This document shows positions 46,256 through 58,100 of a stretch of 64,000 nt of DNA, piece after piece (the first letter of the stretch is position 1; each line of letters begins with the position of its first letter). Origin of the DNA: Candidatus Krumholzibacteriia bacterium. GTDB lineage: Bacteria; Krumholzibacteriota; Krumholzibacteriia; JAJRXK01. Position numbers and translations under genes: made by a program. The stretch covers positions 576,001-640,000 of the forward strand of contig JBGPIA010000001.1 of assembly GCA_041484665.1 (NCBI GenBank). The letters run 5' to 3'. Below the pieces are notes generated by a model. That model did no database searches and was not told where the DNA came from. It worked only from the letters and a program-made list of their open reading frames with translations.

Positions 46256-47002
46256 ATGGAGATCCTTCAGTCTCTGTTCCGGTGGATCCACGTGGTTGCT
46301 GGCACCCTGTGGATCGGCCACCTCTACTTCTTCAACTGGGTGAACGCCAACTTCGCCGCCACCATGGACGGCGAGACGAAGAAAAAGGTCGTACCCGAGC
46401 TGATGCCCCGTGCGCTCTACTTCTTCCGCTGGGGAGCCGCGTGGACGTGGATCACCGGCCTGCTGTTGCTGCTGCTCGTGTACTACCACGGCGGGATCAT
46501 GTTCAACCCGATCGGCGCATGGGGGCCGCGCGCGATCGTGGCGCTCGTGCTTGTTTTCCCAGGGGTGTACATCTACGAGATCCTGGTGAAGACCATCCTG
46601 AAGAACCCGAAGGTCACCTTCTGGGGTGGCTGGATCCTCGCGTCGTTGGTGGTGTACTTCTTCGCCGACATCGCCCACCTCAGCTACCGCTCCTACGCCA
46701 TCCACCTGGGCGCTATGTTCGGATCGTTCATGGCGTTCAACGTCTGGTACCGCATCTGGCCGGCGCAGCGCAAGATCATCGCGGCGGTCAAGGCGGGCCA
46801 GGCGCCCGACGCAGCGGTCGTGGCGCTGGCCGGAACGCGCTCGAAGCACAACACCTACATGAGCGTGCCGCTGGTCTTTGCCATGGTGAGCCAGCACGCC
46901 ACCTGGGCCGCCAAGCCGGGCTATGTCTCGGCGGTGATCCTGGTGGGCTGGGCCGTGACGTTCTGGATCTACGGCAAGGCGAAGACGGTGAAGGGCTTCT
47001 GA
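46256..47002 (+). CDS. PuuD-like (urate hydroxylase N-terminal domain) membrane protein without a cytochrome c domain
   Basis: GGAGGAG RBS; 'FRWIHVVAGTLWIG', 'FRWGAAWTWITG', 'MAFNVW..IWPAQRKI', 'RSKHNTYM'; no CxxCH. Confidence 0.85.
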   Translation: MEILQSLFRWIHVVAGTLWIGHLYFFNWVNANFAATMDGETKKKVVPELMPRALYFFRWGAAWTWITGLLLLLLVYYHGGIMFNPIGAWGPRAIVALVLVFPGVYIYEILVKTILKNPKVTFWGGWILASLVVYFFADIAHLSYRSYAIHLGAMFGSFMAFNVWYRIWPAQRKIIAAVKAGQAPDAAVVALAGTRSKHNTYMSVPLVFAMVSQHATWAAKPGYVSAVILVGWAVTFWIYGKAKTVKGF

Positions 47003-47047
47003 ACCAGGCCGCTCTGCTGCGCGCGGTGCACCGCGCGGGCGATCGAC

Positions 47048-47075
47048 GAAGGCCCCTCCGCAGAGAGGGGCCTTC
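47048..47075. terminator. Hairpin between convergent genes (probable bidirectional terminator)
   Basis: Perfect 11-bp stem GAAGGCCCCTC-cgcaga-GAGGGGCCTTC followed by TGCTT. Confidence 0.65.
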
Positions 47076-47193
47076 TGCTTGCGGCCACGGCATGCGAGCT
47101 GCGGGAGGAGTGCCAAGGTGACGGTGGCCCCGCCGGCGGACACGCCACGGCGAGCGAGGCGCGGGCGGGCGCAGCAGCGCAGCGCGCTGGGAC

Positions 47194-48054
47194 TCAGGGG
47201 CCTCCGTAGACGATCGGCGGAAGCTGCAGCTGCTGCTGCGGCGTCAGGGTGACCTGCAGCTCCTTGGCACCCAGCACTTCGTGCCAGACGGCCAGCGTGT
47301 AGTCGCCCGGCGGCAGTCCGGTGAGGTGGAAGCTGCCGTCCTCGCCGGTCACGGTGAAGAATGGGTGCGCGATCACGCCGATCCAGGCCTTCATCCACGG
47401 GTGTACGTCGCAGACGACTGGAATCATCACCTCGGGGCGGTCGAAAGTGATGTCGCGGTTGCTGCCCTTGCTGGGAAGGGCCAGGTTGCGGTCCCGGTTG
47501 AGCGCGGGTTTGGCGTGGACGTTGTGCAGGATCTCATCACTGTTGAGGATCTTCAGCGGCTGCCCCACCTGCACCGCGACGATGCGCGGCGTGAACAAGC
47601 AGCCGGCCTGATCCAGCACCACCGGGTCCTTGCGCGGCTCGAACCGGAAACCCGCCAGCCCGTCCTTGATCCAGACCAGCGCTGAGGCGAGCTTCCCGTT
47701 CTTCACGCGGACCTTCTCCTCCACGGGCGGTTGCCCGTGCTGGTGGCCGCACCAGGCTTCGCTGCGCATGTTCACCGGCTGCTCCGCAGGCGGGGTGCCC
47801 GCCAACTCAACGACCCCCATGAGCGTCGCGACGGTCGCGGGATCCACGGTCTTGGCCTGCGTCGCGGGCTGGGTGGCGGCCGACGCGGCGGGCTGGCCGC
47901 CGGGTTGAGCGGCCGGCGTGCCGCCCGCCGGTCGCTGCTGCGTCGTACCGGACTGCTCGCCGGAGCAGCCCGCCGCCAGTGGCAGCGTGAGAAGCAGCAC
48001 CAGCAGGAGCGCGAGCCGACCCAGCCGATGCTGCGTCACGAGTCGAAGCGTCAT
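47194..48054 (-). CDS. Lipoprotein with cupredoxin-like core and carboxypeptidase-regulatory-like domain
   Basis: Lipobox 'AAGC'; 'DQAGCLFTPR', 'LHNVH', 'CDVHPWM', 'HPFFTVT..GSFHL..LPPGDYTLAVWHE'; paralog of 45148-45957. Confidence 0.85.
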   Translation of the reverse strand: MTLRLVTQHRLGRLALLLVLLLTLPLAAGCSGEQSGTTQQRPAGGTPAAQPGGQPAASAATQPATQAKTVDPATVATLMGVVELAGTPPAEQPVNMRSEAWCGHQHGQPPVEEKVRVKNGKLASALVWIKDGLAGFRFEPRKDPVVLDQAGCLFTPRIVAVQVGQPLKILNSDEILHNVHAKPALNRDRNLALPSKGSNRDITFDRPEVMIPVVCDVHPWMKAWIGVIAHPFFTVTGEDGSFHLTGLPPGDYTLAVWHEVLGAKELQVTLTPQQQLQLPPIVYGGP

Positions 48055-48368
48055 GTCCCGGAAGCCTCCGGTTGTGCGGGTGTGGCGTATGCGGGGCAGC
48101 GATTCGCGGACGTACGCGCGCGGAGGTGCGCACGCGGGTACGTGGGTACGTAGACACGCAGGCGGCCCGGCGCAGACGATACACGGGCCGGCCGAGCTCC
48201 GCTACCGGGCACGGCCGCGGCGACTCGCCGTCCTGGCGCAGGGCCGGTGTGATCGGCTACAGTGCCCTGCAACCGATCGTTCCCCCCCGGCGGGGGTGCG
48301 CGTTCGGAAACCCCGGGGAGCGTTGCGCCCTGGGCAGCGACCGAGGGCCGACCTTGCCAGCGGGGATC

Positions 48369-49634
48369 ATGCAGACCGCTCATCAGATCACACGCGACGA
48401 GCTCGTGGCGAAGCTGCGCGACCCCTCGCATCTCTTGCTGGACGTGCTCCCCCGTGAGTCCTTCGAGAGCAGCCACATCTTTGGCGCGGTGAGCCTGCCC
48501 CTGGCGGAGATCCCGTCGCGCGCACGTGCCGTCGCGCCCGATCTCGCGCGGCGGATCTCCGTCTACTGTGGCGGGCCGACCTGACCGCTGGGCGAGCGGG
48601 CCGTGGGCCTGCTGGGTGAGCTGGGATACCACGACGTGCGGCACTACGTGGGCGGCCTGGAGGATTGGACGAAGAGCAATCTTCCGCTGGAAGGGTCCCA
48701 TACCGTGGGGGCGCGCGCGGCCGGCGCCGGCGCGACACGACGAGCCGCGCCGGGAGTCCCCATGGCCAAGCTCCGGCGAGGGCTGCGCGGCGGCCGCTTC
48801 CTGGCCGTACTCACCGAGAGCTCGTTCGGCGGACTGTTCGGCCTGTGGATCCTCGTCGTCGCCGCCTTCGGGCTGCTGTACTGGCTGCTCGGGCTGTGGG
48901 GCGCCCCAGCGATGGCGCAGGCCGGTGCTCCGGTCCGATCGGATCTGCGCGGACTCGGCACCGCGATCTACTTCAGCTTCGTCACCGCCACCTCGGTCGG
49001 CTTCGGGGACGTGGTGCCGCTGGGACTGGGGCGTCTGGTCGCCGTCGTGGAGGCCGGTCTGGAGCTGCTGGTGTTCGGCTGCGTGGTCTCCAAGCTGGTG
49101 AGCAGCCGTCAAGAGCTGCTGACCGAGGAGATCCACCGCATTTCCTTCGAGGACCGCCTGGGTCGCGTGCGCACCAACCTCCACCTCGTCCTCTCGGAGC
49201 TGCAGGCCATCGCGCTGGCACGTGCGGCGGCCGCCAATGCGCCCGCCACCACGGGCGTCGCGCGCGCCGTGACCGCCGCCGCCACCAGCACCGCCCCCTC
49301 CGATCGCCTGTTGCCGCGCGTAGAAAGCCTGGCGATGGTCTTCCTCGGTGAGCTGCGCACCGTCCACGATCTGCTCTACCGCCCGCAGCAGCGTCCGGAC
49401 GATCAAGTTCTCGAGGGGTTGCTGGCAAGCGTCGCAGCGAACCTCCGCGAGCTGCGCGACCTCTCCGCATGGCTGCGCGAGTCCACCCAGGCTACGGCAA
49501 CCCTCAACGGGACCGCTGCGTCCATCGCGCGCCTCGCCGCGGAGATCTGCGGCGAGTGCACGCCGCGCCAGCACGTGCCCGAGGTGAAGTTGTGGATGGA
49601 CCGGATCCAGGAGATCGCCCAGCGGATCTCGTAA
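48369..49634 (+). CDS. Putative selenoprotein: rhodanese domain (CxxxxU, TGA at codon 72) fused to a 2-TM potassium-channel pore domain
   Basis: ORFs 48072-48584 and 48603-49634 share a frame and are separated only by TGA 48582-84. The rhodanese fold spans the stop ('LLDVLPRESFESSHIFGAVSLP..VYCGGPT*PLGERAVGLLGELGYHDVRHYVGGLEDW'). Channel: 'AIYFSFVTATSVGFGDVVP'. Confidence 0.8.
48585..48613 (+). promoter_or_regulatory. Putative bacterial SECIS element
   Basis: Stem AGCGGGCC (48595-602) / GGCCUGCU (48606-13), one G-U pair, loop GUG with G 18 nt after the UGA; folded by eye. Confidence 0.6.
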
Positions 49635-49691
49635 AAGGGCGATCGCCGGAACGCTGGCGTTGCGCCCGCGGTCGGGCGGAGCGCCGGGCGC

Positions 49692-50858
49692 CTACGCCTG
49701 TCGCAAGAGCTGCGCGATCGGCTCGCGCGAGGCCGACCAGGCTGGTGCGAAGCCGCCGATCACACCGGTGAGCACGGCGAGCAGGATCCCGCCCACCAGC
49801 ACGCCGGGCGTGGTGCGCAGCGAGAAACTGATCTCGCTGAAGGTCAGGAAGTTGGTGGTGCCGGTGGTATAGGCGTTCAGCGGCAGCGAGAGCACCGCTC
49901 CGACCGCACCGGCCAAGAGCCCGATCAGGGCCGCCTCCGTCACGAAGGCCCCCAGGATGCTGCGGCGACGGAAGCCCAGCGCGCGTAGCGTCCCGATCTC
50001 CGTGGCCCGGGCCGAGACCGACGCGTACATCGTGTTGGCCGCGGCGAAACAGGCGCCAAATCCCATCATGATGCCCAGCAGGTTCCCCATGACTACGAAT
50101 TGCCTACCGGTGGCGCGCGTCTGGCTGGCGTAGTACTCCGGCTCCAACAGCGGCTGCAGATGCAGGCGCTGATCGCCCGCGATGCTCGCGGCCAGTGCCT
50201 GGGCGCCCTGCGCCGATGCCGCCCGCAGCAGGCTCGAAGAGCAGACGGTCTCTCGCCGGAAGGCGTTGCCGAAATCCTCCCGCGCCCCCCAGACTTCCGA
50301 GGCAAAGCTCCCGCCCCCGGCGTCGAACAGCCCGACCACCTTGAAACCCAGGCGGCCGAAGGTCACCTCACGCCCGAGCTGCAGTTCGGGGAAGCGCGAG
50401 GCGAGCGACTTACCCACGATCACTTCTCCGGCGCCAGGTCGGAAGTTGTGCCCCTCCACGATCCGCAGCCGCGGCCGCACGAGAAACGCCTCGGGACCGA
50501 CCCCGCGCAGCGCCACGTTGCTCTCGCTGCCGTTGGCCCGCTTGAGGATCTGCAGGATCACGAGCTCGCCCGAAGCCAGCACGTTGCCGTCCGCCGCGTG
50601 GGCGATGCCCGGCATCGCCGCCATCTCGCGGTGGCGCTCCAGGGGAAAGTAGCTCTCGGACTCGCTGCGTGCGCCGTCACGGAGCACGATCACGTTGCGC
50701 GGGTCCCCGCTGCTGCCAAACGCCAGCCTCAGCCCGGCCGCCAGCGACAACACGCCGATATAGACCAGCACGACCATCGCGATCGAGGCGATGGTCATGA
50801 GCGTGGTCCCGCGGCGCACGAACAGGCTGCGGAAGTTGTACTTCATGGGGATGTTCAT
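49692..50858 (-). CDS. ABC transporter permease (MacB/FtsX family)
   Basis: 'YNFRSLFVRRGTT', 'ANTMYASVSARATEIGTLRALGF'. Confidence 0.92.
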   Translation of the reverse strand: MNIPMKYNFRSLFVRRGTTLMTIASIAMVVLVYIGVLSLAAGLRLAFGSSGDPRNVIVLRDGARSESESYFPLERHREMAAMPGIAHAADGNVLASGELVILQILKRANGSESNVALRGVGPEAFLVRPRLRIVEGHNFRPGAGEVIVGKSLASRFPELQLGREVTFGRLGFKVVGLFDAGGGSFASEVWGAREDFGNAFRRETVCSSSLLRAASAQGAQALAASIAGDQRLHLQPLLEPEYYASQTRATGRQFVVMGNLLGIMMGFGACFAAANTMYASVSARATEIGTLRALGFRRRSILGAFVTEAALIGLLAGAVGAVLSLPLNAYTTGTTNFLTFSEISFSLRTTPGVLVGGILLAVLTGVIGGFAPAWSASREPIAQLLRQA

Positions 50859-52003
50859 GCCACCCTCCGCAGGCCGTCGACGATGCGCAGGCGCGCTGCC
50901 TGGAACGCGGGGAACCAACCGGCGGTGGCGCCGATCAGAAGCGAGAGGCCCACGCCCGACCACAGGGCTCCAGGGGTCAGCCGCAGCGTGCCGAACAGCG
51001 GGAACACATCCCGCATTGCCTTGGCGATGCCGGGCATGATGCTGGCGGCGATCGCCATGCCGATCAGGCCTCCCATCAGGCCGACCACCACGGCCTCGGC
51101 GAGCACCATCCACACGACCTGCCCGCGCCCGAAGCCCAGCGTTTTGAGCACTGCCACCTCCGTGGTCCGCTCGCGCGCGGCCATCGCCATGGTGTTCGCC
51201 GTGATGAAGAGGATCGAGATCACGATGGCCAAGCCGATCGCCCCGAACATCAGCTTGATGTTGCCCAGCATCTCCACGAACGAGAGCCGAAACGCCGCCT
51301 CGGTCTCGGCGCGGACCTGCGCCTGCGAGTTCTCGAACATCTTCTCGGCGGCGGCCACCACGGTGGGGAGGTTCAGCGCCGAGTCCAGCAGCAGCCAGAA
51401 CGCCCCCACCTCGCCGGGGTTGCCCAGCGCTTCCTCGAGATACTTCCGGTGGAAGAGGATCTTCTGCTCCTGCGAAGGCGCGCCGGGGTCGGAGAAGATC
51501 CCGCGCAGCGTGAGGTTGAGATTCACGGGGTAGATGTCCCCCTTGATGAAGATCTGGTCGCCGATCTTCCAGCGATACTTGTCGGCCAGGGCCTGGCCAG
51601 CCAGGAAGCCTCCGCGATCCGCCTGCCACGCCTCCCTCTGCGGGTCGGCGATCTGATACTCCGGAAAGACGCCCAGCACCGTTTCGGGGTCGCTGGCAAA
51701 GCGGGCGAAGAAGTTCTCGGGCCGGTCGTTCTTGTAGACCCCCTGGAACCAGGTCAAAGGAGTGATGGCCTGCACGTGGGGCAGCGTCTGCAAGCGCTGC
51801 AGGTAGGACTCGGGCAGCGAGAATGTGAGCGAGATCGCGTTGCGTACCACCACGCGGTTCTCCTGGGAACCCTCGGCGCGCTCCATGGCCGCCAGCATCG
51901 AGAGCAGCATCGACAGCAGCAACAGCGCGAGGCTCACGCTGCCCATGGTCAGGAAGGTGCGCCGCTTGTTGCGCAGCAGGTTGCGCCAGGCCAGTTTGCC
52001 CAT
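50855..52003 (-). CDS. ABC transporter permease (MacB/FtsX family)
   Basis: '[14 protein letters not shown]', '[23 protein letters not shown]'; ATGA coupling to the next permease. Confidence 0.92.
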   Translation of the reverse strand: MGKLAWRNLLRNKRRTFLTMGSVSLALLLLSMLLSMLAAMERAEGSQENRVVVRNAISLTFSLPESYLQRLQTLPHVQAITPLTWFQGVYKNDRPENFFARFASDPETVLGVFPEYQIADPQREAWQADRGGFLAGQALADKYRWKIGDQIFIKGDIYPVNLNLTLRGIFSDPGAPSQEQKILFHRKYLEEALGNPGEVGAFWLLLDSALNLPTVVAAAEKMFENSQAQVRAETEAAFRLSFVEMLGNIKLMFGAIGLAIVISILFITANTMAMAARERTTEVAVLKTLGFGRGQVVWMVLAEAVVVGLMGGLIGMAIAASIMPGIAKAMRDVFPLFGTLRLTPGALWSGVGLSLLIGATAGWFPAFQAARLRIVDGLRRVA

Positions 52004-52132
52004 CACGGTCTCCTCGGGGCTACCGGTGGCTCTACCCGCGGTGCGGCCGCGTTCCACCGTAGGTCGAACAGCCGTTCGCCGCCGCTCGCGCGTCGAGATC
52101 GCGGCGGTCCAAGCGCGGATCCACCCCTGGCT

Positions 52133-52873
52133 CTACCCGACCCGCTCCAGCGTTCCTTTGTCCAGGTGCAGGGCATGGCTGGCGCGCTCGGCCGCGCGCG
52201 GATCGTGGGTCACCATCAAGATCGTCTTGCCGAACTCCTGGTTGAGCTGGACGAGCAGGTCGAGCACCTCGTGTGCGCTGTGGGCGTCCAGGTCGCCAGT
52301 CGGCTCGTCGGCCAACAGCAGCGTCGGGTCGGTCACGATGGCGCGGGCGATGGCCACGCGTTGCTCCTGCCCGCCGGAGAGCTGGCGCGGATAGTGATCC
52401 ATGCGGTCGGCCAGCCCCACCACCCGCAGCGCTGTCTCGACCTTGAGCTTGCGCTCGCCCTTGCTCAGTCGCGCGAGCTTGAGCGGCAGCTCCACGTTCT
52501 CGCGCGCGGTGAGCACCGGGATCAGGTTGTAGAACTGGAAGATGAAGCCCACGTTGCGATGGCGCCAGGGCGCCAGCTCGCTCTCGCTCAGCTGCGTGAT
52601 GTCCTGGCCACCGATCTCGATGGACCCTTCGCTCGGCTTGTCGATGCCTGCGATGAGGTTCAGCAGTGTGGTCTTCCCAGAGCCCGACGGGCCCATCAGC
52701 GCGATGAAATCGCCGCTGGCCACCTCCAGCTCGAGACCCTTGAGCACCTCGATCTCGAAGTTGTCGCGCCGGTAGGCCTTGCCCAGCCCGCGGATCTTCA
52801 CCACGGTCGCGCCCCGGGCAATCGCTTCGCTCTGGCTGGTCATCGACTGCGGCATGTCCGTCCGTTGCGCCAT
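52133..52873 (-). CDS. ABC transporter ATP-binding protein (LolD/MacB-like)
   Basis: GPSGSGKT, 'GFIFQFYNL', LSGGQEQR, '[10 protein letters not shown]', 'VTHD'. Confidence 0.94.
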   Translation of the reverse strand: MAQRTDMPQSMTSQSEAIARGATVVKIRGLGKAYRRDNFEIEVLKGLELEVASGDFIALMGPSGSGKTTLLNLIAGIDKPSEGSIEIGGQDITQLSESELAPWRHRNVGFIFQFYNLIPVLTARENVELPLKLARLSKGERKLKVETALRVVGLADRMDHYPRQLSGGQEQRVAIARAIVTDPTLLLADEPTGDLDAHSAHEVLDLLVQLNQEFGKTILMVTHDPRAAERASHALHLDKGTLERVG

Positions 52874-52932
52874 GGCCGTCCTTTCCACCGTGTCCGTTCG
52901 CCGGGTTCCTGCGTGCTATCCTGCCGCCGTGC

Positions 52933-54165
52933 TCACGTCCGCACGCGACGGCCATCGCGCAGGGACTCCAGGTTGACCTGCACGATCGTCTCGCCGCCGC
53001 GCAGCCCCGACAAGACCTCCACCTGATCCCCTGCGGCAGCGCCGACGGTGACCGCCAGCTTGCGCAGCCGGCCCCCCTGCACCACGAACACGAAGGCGTC
53101 CTGCCCCTCCATGCGCACGGCGCTGCGCGTAACTACGATTTTTGCCTGCGCCGCAAGCTGCTCGGTGCGCGTGCCCTCCTCCAGGAAGGTCACCGTCGAG
53201 CTCATGTCGGGCACCAGGCGCGCGTCACGGTCGTCGATGGTGACCTTGACCTGCACGACAGCGCGCTGGCGGTCGGCCGTCGGCACGATCTGGCGCAGCC
53301 GGCCATGATAGCTGACGCCGGGAACGGCATCGACGCCGATCGTCGCCGGTTGGCCCAGCTTCAGCCGCGCGATGTAGCTCTCGTTGATGTCAGCCTCGAC
53401 CTCCAGGCTTCCGAGATCGGCGATGCGCACGATCGATCCGCTGGACTGCTGCGACGTGAAGCCCCCGGGTGCGACCATCTCCCCCACCTCGATGTTCTTG
53501 TCGACGATCACGCCGGAGATGGGGGCCGTTACGACCGTATAGGTCAGGCGGGCCCTTGCTGCCGCCAGCGCAGCCTCAGCGGTACCGAGCTGGGCGCGGG
53601 TGACGTCGAGCCGGGTGCTCGCCGCGTCGTAGTTCGCCTGTGCTCCCACGCCGCTGTCCAGCAGCCCCTGCTGGCGGCCGGCTTCCCGCTGGGCGTCGGC
53701 GACCTGGGCCTGCGCCTCGGCCACCCGCGCCTCCGCCTCCCGCACGGCGGCCTTGAGGTCGTCGCTGTCGAGGACGGCGATCACGTCGCCCGCCTTGACC
53801 GCATCGCCCTCGTCGACCCGTAGCTCCACCACGCGGCCGATGATCTTGGCGCCCACGGCGGCGCGGGTGCGGGCGTAGGTGTAGCCGGTGGCGGTCAAGA
53901 CCGTGGAGGCCTGGGTCGGCGTGATCACCTGGGCGGAGGTGGTCTCCACGCGTGGCAAAAGCCACGGCAAAGGCAACAGCCACGCCCCCGCCAGCAGCAC
54001 GGCTAGCATAACCAGGGCGATCATCCACGGGCGCACGGCCCGCCGCGGGCGGCGCACCACACCTGGGGTCTGCGCCGTGTGGCGGTTCATCCGCAGCGCC
54101 GAGAGATCGGGCCGCGTCGTCTGGCCGGACGCGGGCTCTGGCTGGGCAGTCGGCGGGCCGTCCAA
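52933..54165 (-). CDS. Periplasmic adaptor (MacA/HlyD-type membrane fusion protein)
   Basis: TM anchor; 'VDEGDAVKAGDVIA', 'APISGVI', 'GEMVAPGG', 'VPDMS'; start probably TTG 54165 after GGAG (ATG 54090 is the alternative). Confidence 0.9.
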   Translation of the reverse strand: MDGPPTAQPEPASGQTTRPDLSALRMNRHTAQTPGVVRRPRRAVRPWMIALVMLAVLLAGAWLLPLPWLLPRVETTSAQVITPTQASTVLTATGYTYARTRAAVGAKIIGRVVELRVDEGDAVKAGDVIAVLDSDDLKAAVREAEARVAEAQAQVADAQREAGRQQGLLDSGVGAQANYDAASTRLDVTRAQLGTAEAALAAARARLTYTVVTAPISGVIVDKNIEVGEMVAPGGFTSQQSSGSIVRIADLGSLEVEADINESYIARLKLGQPATIGVDAVPGVSYHGRLRQIVPTADRQRAVVQVKVTIDDRDARLVPDMSSTVTFLEEGTRTEQLAAQAKIVVTRSAVRMEGQDAFVFVVQGGRLRKLAVTVGAAAGDQVEVLSGLRGGETIVQVNLESLRDGRRVRT

Positions 54166-54506
54166 CGCTTGGCTCCGGGGCAGGGGGCAACTCGGCCGTG
54201 CGCGCGAGCGGGCGCAGGGCCACGGCTGCGATCGGGGACCCACAGGATAGCGCGGCGGGCGCGGGGCACCAACCCGGAATGCCCCTGGACCTGCTGGAGC
54301 AAGATGCTACCCTGATGTGCTGGTCCCGGGCGTACTTAGTTTGAGGCCGTTGTGCCGGAACGGCCCCGCACTGCGTGTGGGCGCTGCGCCCAAACCGTCC
54401 CGCACCGGCGCCTCGGGCTCCAAGGAAGCCCCTCATCCCATCCATGAGCGCAACCGTCGAACCGCTGCGTCCGCTCCCGACGACATCCCGATCTGCTGGA
54501 GGGCCC

Positions 54507-55211
54507 ATGAGCAGGGTGACCGCCCTGTCCCGCTCGTCCATCGGCCTGAAGGTCACGATGGCCATGACCGGCATCGTGCTCGTGCTGTTCGTGATCGTGC
54601 ACATGCTGGGCAACCTGAAGATCTTCTTGCCCGCGCACCGCGATGCGGCCGGCGCACTGGTGCCGGCCCTGGACGTATACGGGGAGTTCCTGCGCAACGC
54701 CGGCGCGCCGGTCTTCCCCCACGGCGCGGCCTTGTGGATCTTCCGGCTGGTGTTGTTGACCTGTGTGGTACTCCACGTCTCTGCCGCGGTCGTCCTGACG
54801 CGCATGGACTGGACAGCGCGTCCGGTGCGGTACAAGCAACAGACCCACCAGGGCTCCACCTACGCGTCGCGCACGCAGCGCTGGGGCGGCCTGATCGTCG
54901 GCCTGTTCGTGGTCTACCACATCCTCCATTTCACCACGGGTACGGTCCACCCGCACTTCGAGCCCGGCCACGTGCGCGCCAACGTGATCGCGGGCTTCAA
55001 CGTCTGGCCCGTCTCCATCGCCTATATCGTGGCGATGGTAGCGCTGGGGCTGCATCTCTACCACGGCGTCTGGAGCATCTTCCAGACCCTGGGCGTAAGC
55101 CACCCGCGCTGGAACGTCTGGCGGCGGAGGCTGGCAGCAGCGATTGCGCTGATCGTCGCGCTGGGCAACATCTCCATCCCGGTGGCCGTGCTCACCGGCA
55201 TCGTCCACTAG
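54507..55211 (+). CDS. sdhC: Succinate dehydrogenase cytochrome b subunit
   Basis: GGAGG RBS; 'SSIGLKVTMAMTG', 'HMLGNL', 'HLYHGVWSIFQTLG'. Confidence 0.93.
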   Translation: MSRVTALSRSSIGLKVTMAMTGIVLVLFVIVHMLGNLKIFLPAHRDAAGALVPALDVYGEFLRNAGAPVFPHGAALWIFRLVLLTCVVLHVSAAVVLTRMDWTARPVRYKQQTHQGSTYASRTQRWGGLIVGLFVVYHILHFTTGTVHPHFEPGHVRANVIAGFNVWPVSIAYIVAMVALGLHLYHGVWSIFQTLGVSHPRWNVWRRRLAAAIALIVALGNISIPVAVLTGIVH

Positions 55212-55232
55212 GGCGCCAAGAGGCAGGGCACC

Positions 55233-57146
<1,914 letters not shown>

Positions 57147-57262
57147 ACCGCGGCGCGCGGCAGCCACCGGGGCGAAACGGGCTTTGGGCACGCAAGGAAG
57201 CCGCACGCAGGCCGAGAACAACACGAGCCACGGGCAGACAAGAGATACGGCTGGAGCGACCC

Positions 57263-58009
57263 ATGGATCTGACCCTGCACATCTGGCGGCAGACGGGCCC
57301 CGACGCCAAGGGGCTATTCGTGGAGTACCACGCGGGGGACGTCTCCCCGGACATGTCGTTCCTGGAGATGCTCGACGCCCTCAACGAGCAGCTGATCGAC
57401 AAGGGTGAGGAGCCTGTCGCGTTCGATCACGACTGCCGCGAGGGGATCTGCGGCATGTGCAGCCTGGTCATCAACGGCCGGCCGCATGGTCCCAAGCAGG
57501 AGACCACGACCTGCCAGCTGCACATGCGCAACTACAAGCAGGGCGACGTGATCTGGGTGGAGCCCTGGCGCGCGAAGCCGTTTCCGGTCATCCGGGACCT
57601 GGTGGTGGACCGTACCGCGCTGGACCGGATCATGCACGTGGGCGGGTTCATCTCGGTGGGCACGGGCTGTGCGCCCGACGCCAACGCCATCCCCATCCGC
57701 AAGGAGCACGCCGACAGAGCGATGGACGCCGCGGCCTGCATTGGCTGCGGCGCGTGCGTGGCGGCCTGCCCCAACGCCTCGGCGATGCTGTTCACCGCCG
57801 CCAAGGTCTCGCACCTGGGGTTGCTGCCGCAGGGCCAGCCCGAGCGCCACGAACGCGTCGCGAAGATGGTGGCGCAGATGGATGCGGAAGGATTCGGCGG
57901 CTGCACAAACCACGCCGAGTGCGAAGCGGCCTGCCCCAAGGCCATCAGCATCGAGTTCATCGCGCGCATGAACCGCGACCTGATGAAGGCGACGCTGGTG
58001 CTGCGCTAA
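57263..58009 (+). CDS. sdhB: Succinate dehydrogenase iron-sulfur subunit
   Basis: '[10 protein letters not shown]', '[11 protein letters not shown]', '[12 protein letters not shown]'; GGAG RBS. Confidence 0.96.
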   Translation: MDLTLHIWRQTGPDAKGLFVEYHAGDVSPDMSFLEMLDALNEQLIDKGEEPVAFDHDCREGICGMCSLVINGRPHGPKQETTTCQLHMRNYKQGDVIWVEPWRAKPFPVIRDLVVDRTALDRIMHVGGFISVGTGCAPDANAIPIRKEHADRAMDAAACIGCGACVAACPNASAMLFTAAKVSHLGLLPQGQPERHERVAKMVAQMDAEGFGGCTNHAECEAACPKAISIEFIARMNRDLMKATLVLR

Positions 58010-58100
58010 CATCAGCGCCCAGGCGCTCCACGTGCGCCCGGCTCGGACGGACAGATCGTCCTGGTTGGTCTCAGTCGGTGGAACTCCGCCCCCGTTGATC

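Noticed and set aside
48369..48760. Rhodanese pseudogene (nonsense mutation) or two separate genes as in the ORF track
   Set aside because: The only lesion is a TGA at a Cys-type position of the active-site loop, followed by a SECIS-like hairpin, with both halves intact. Recoding is more parsimonious, though a pseudogene is not formally excluded.
57147..57262. Structured RNA (c-di-GMP riboswitch or SRP-like) between sdhA and sdhB
   Set aside because: Only short partial words (GCGAAAC, GCAAGGAAGC) match and I could not build the required stems; an Rfam search would settle it.
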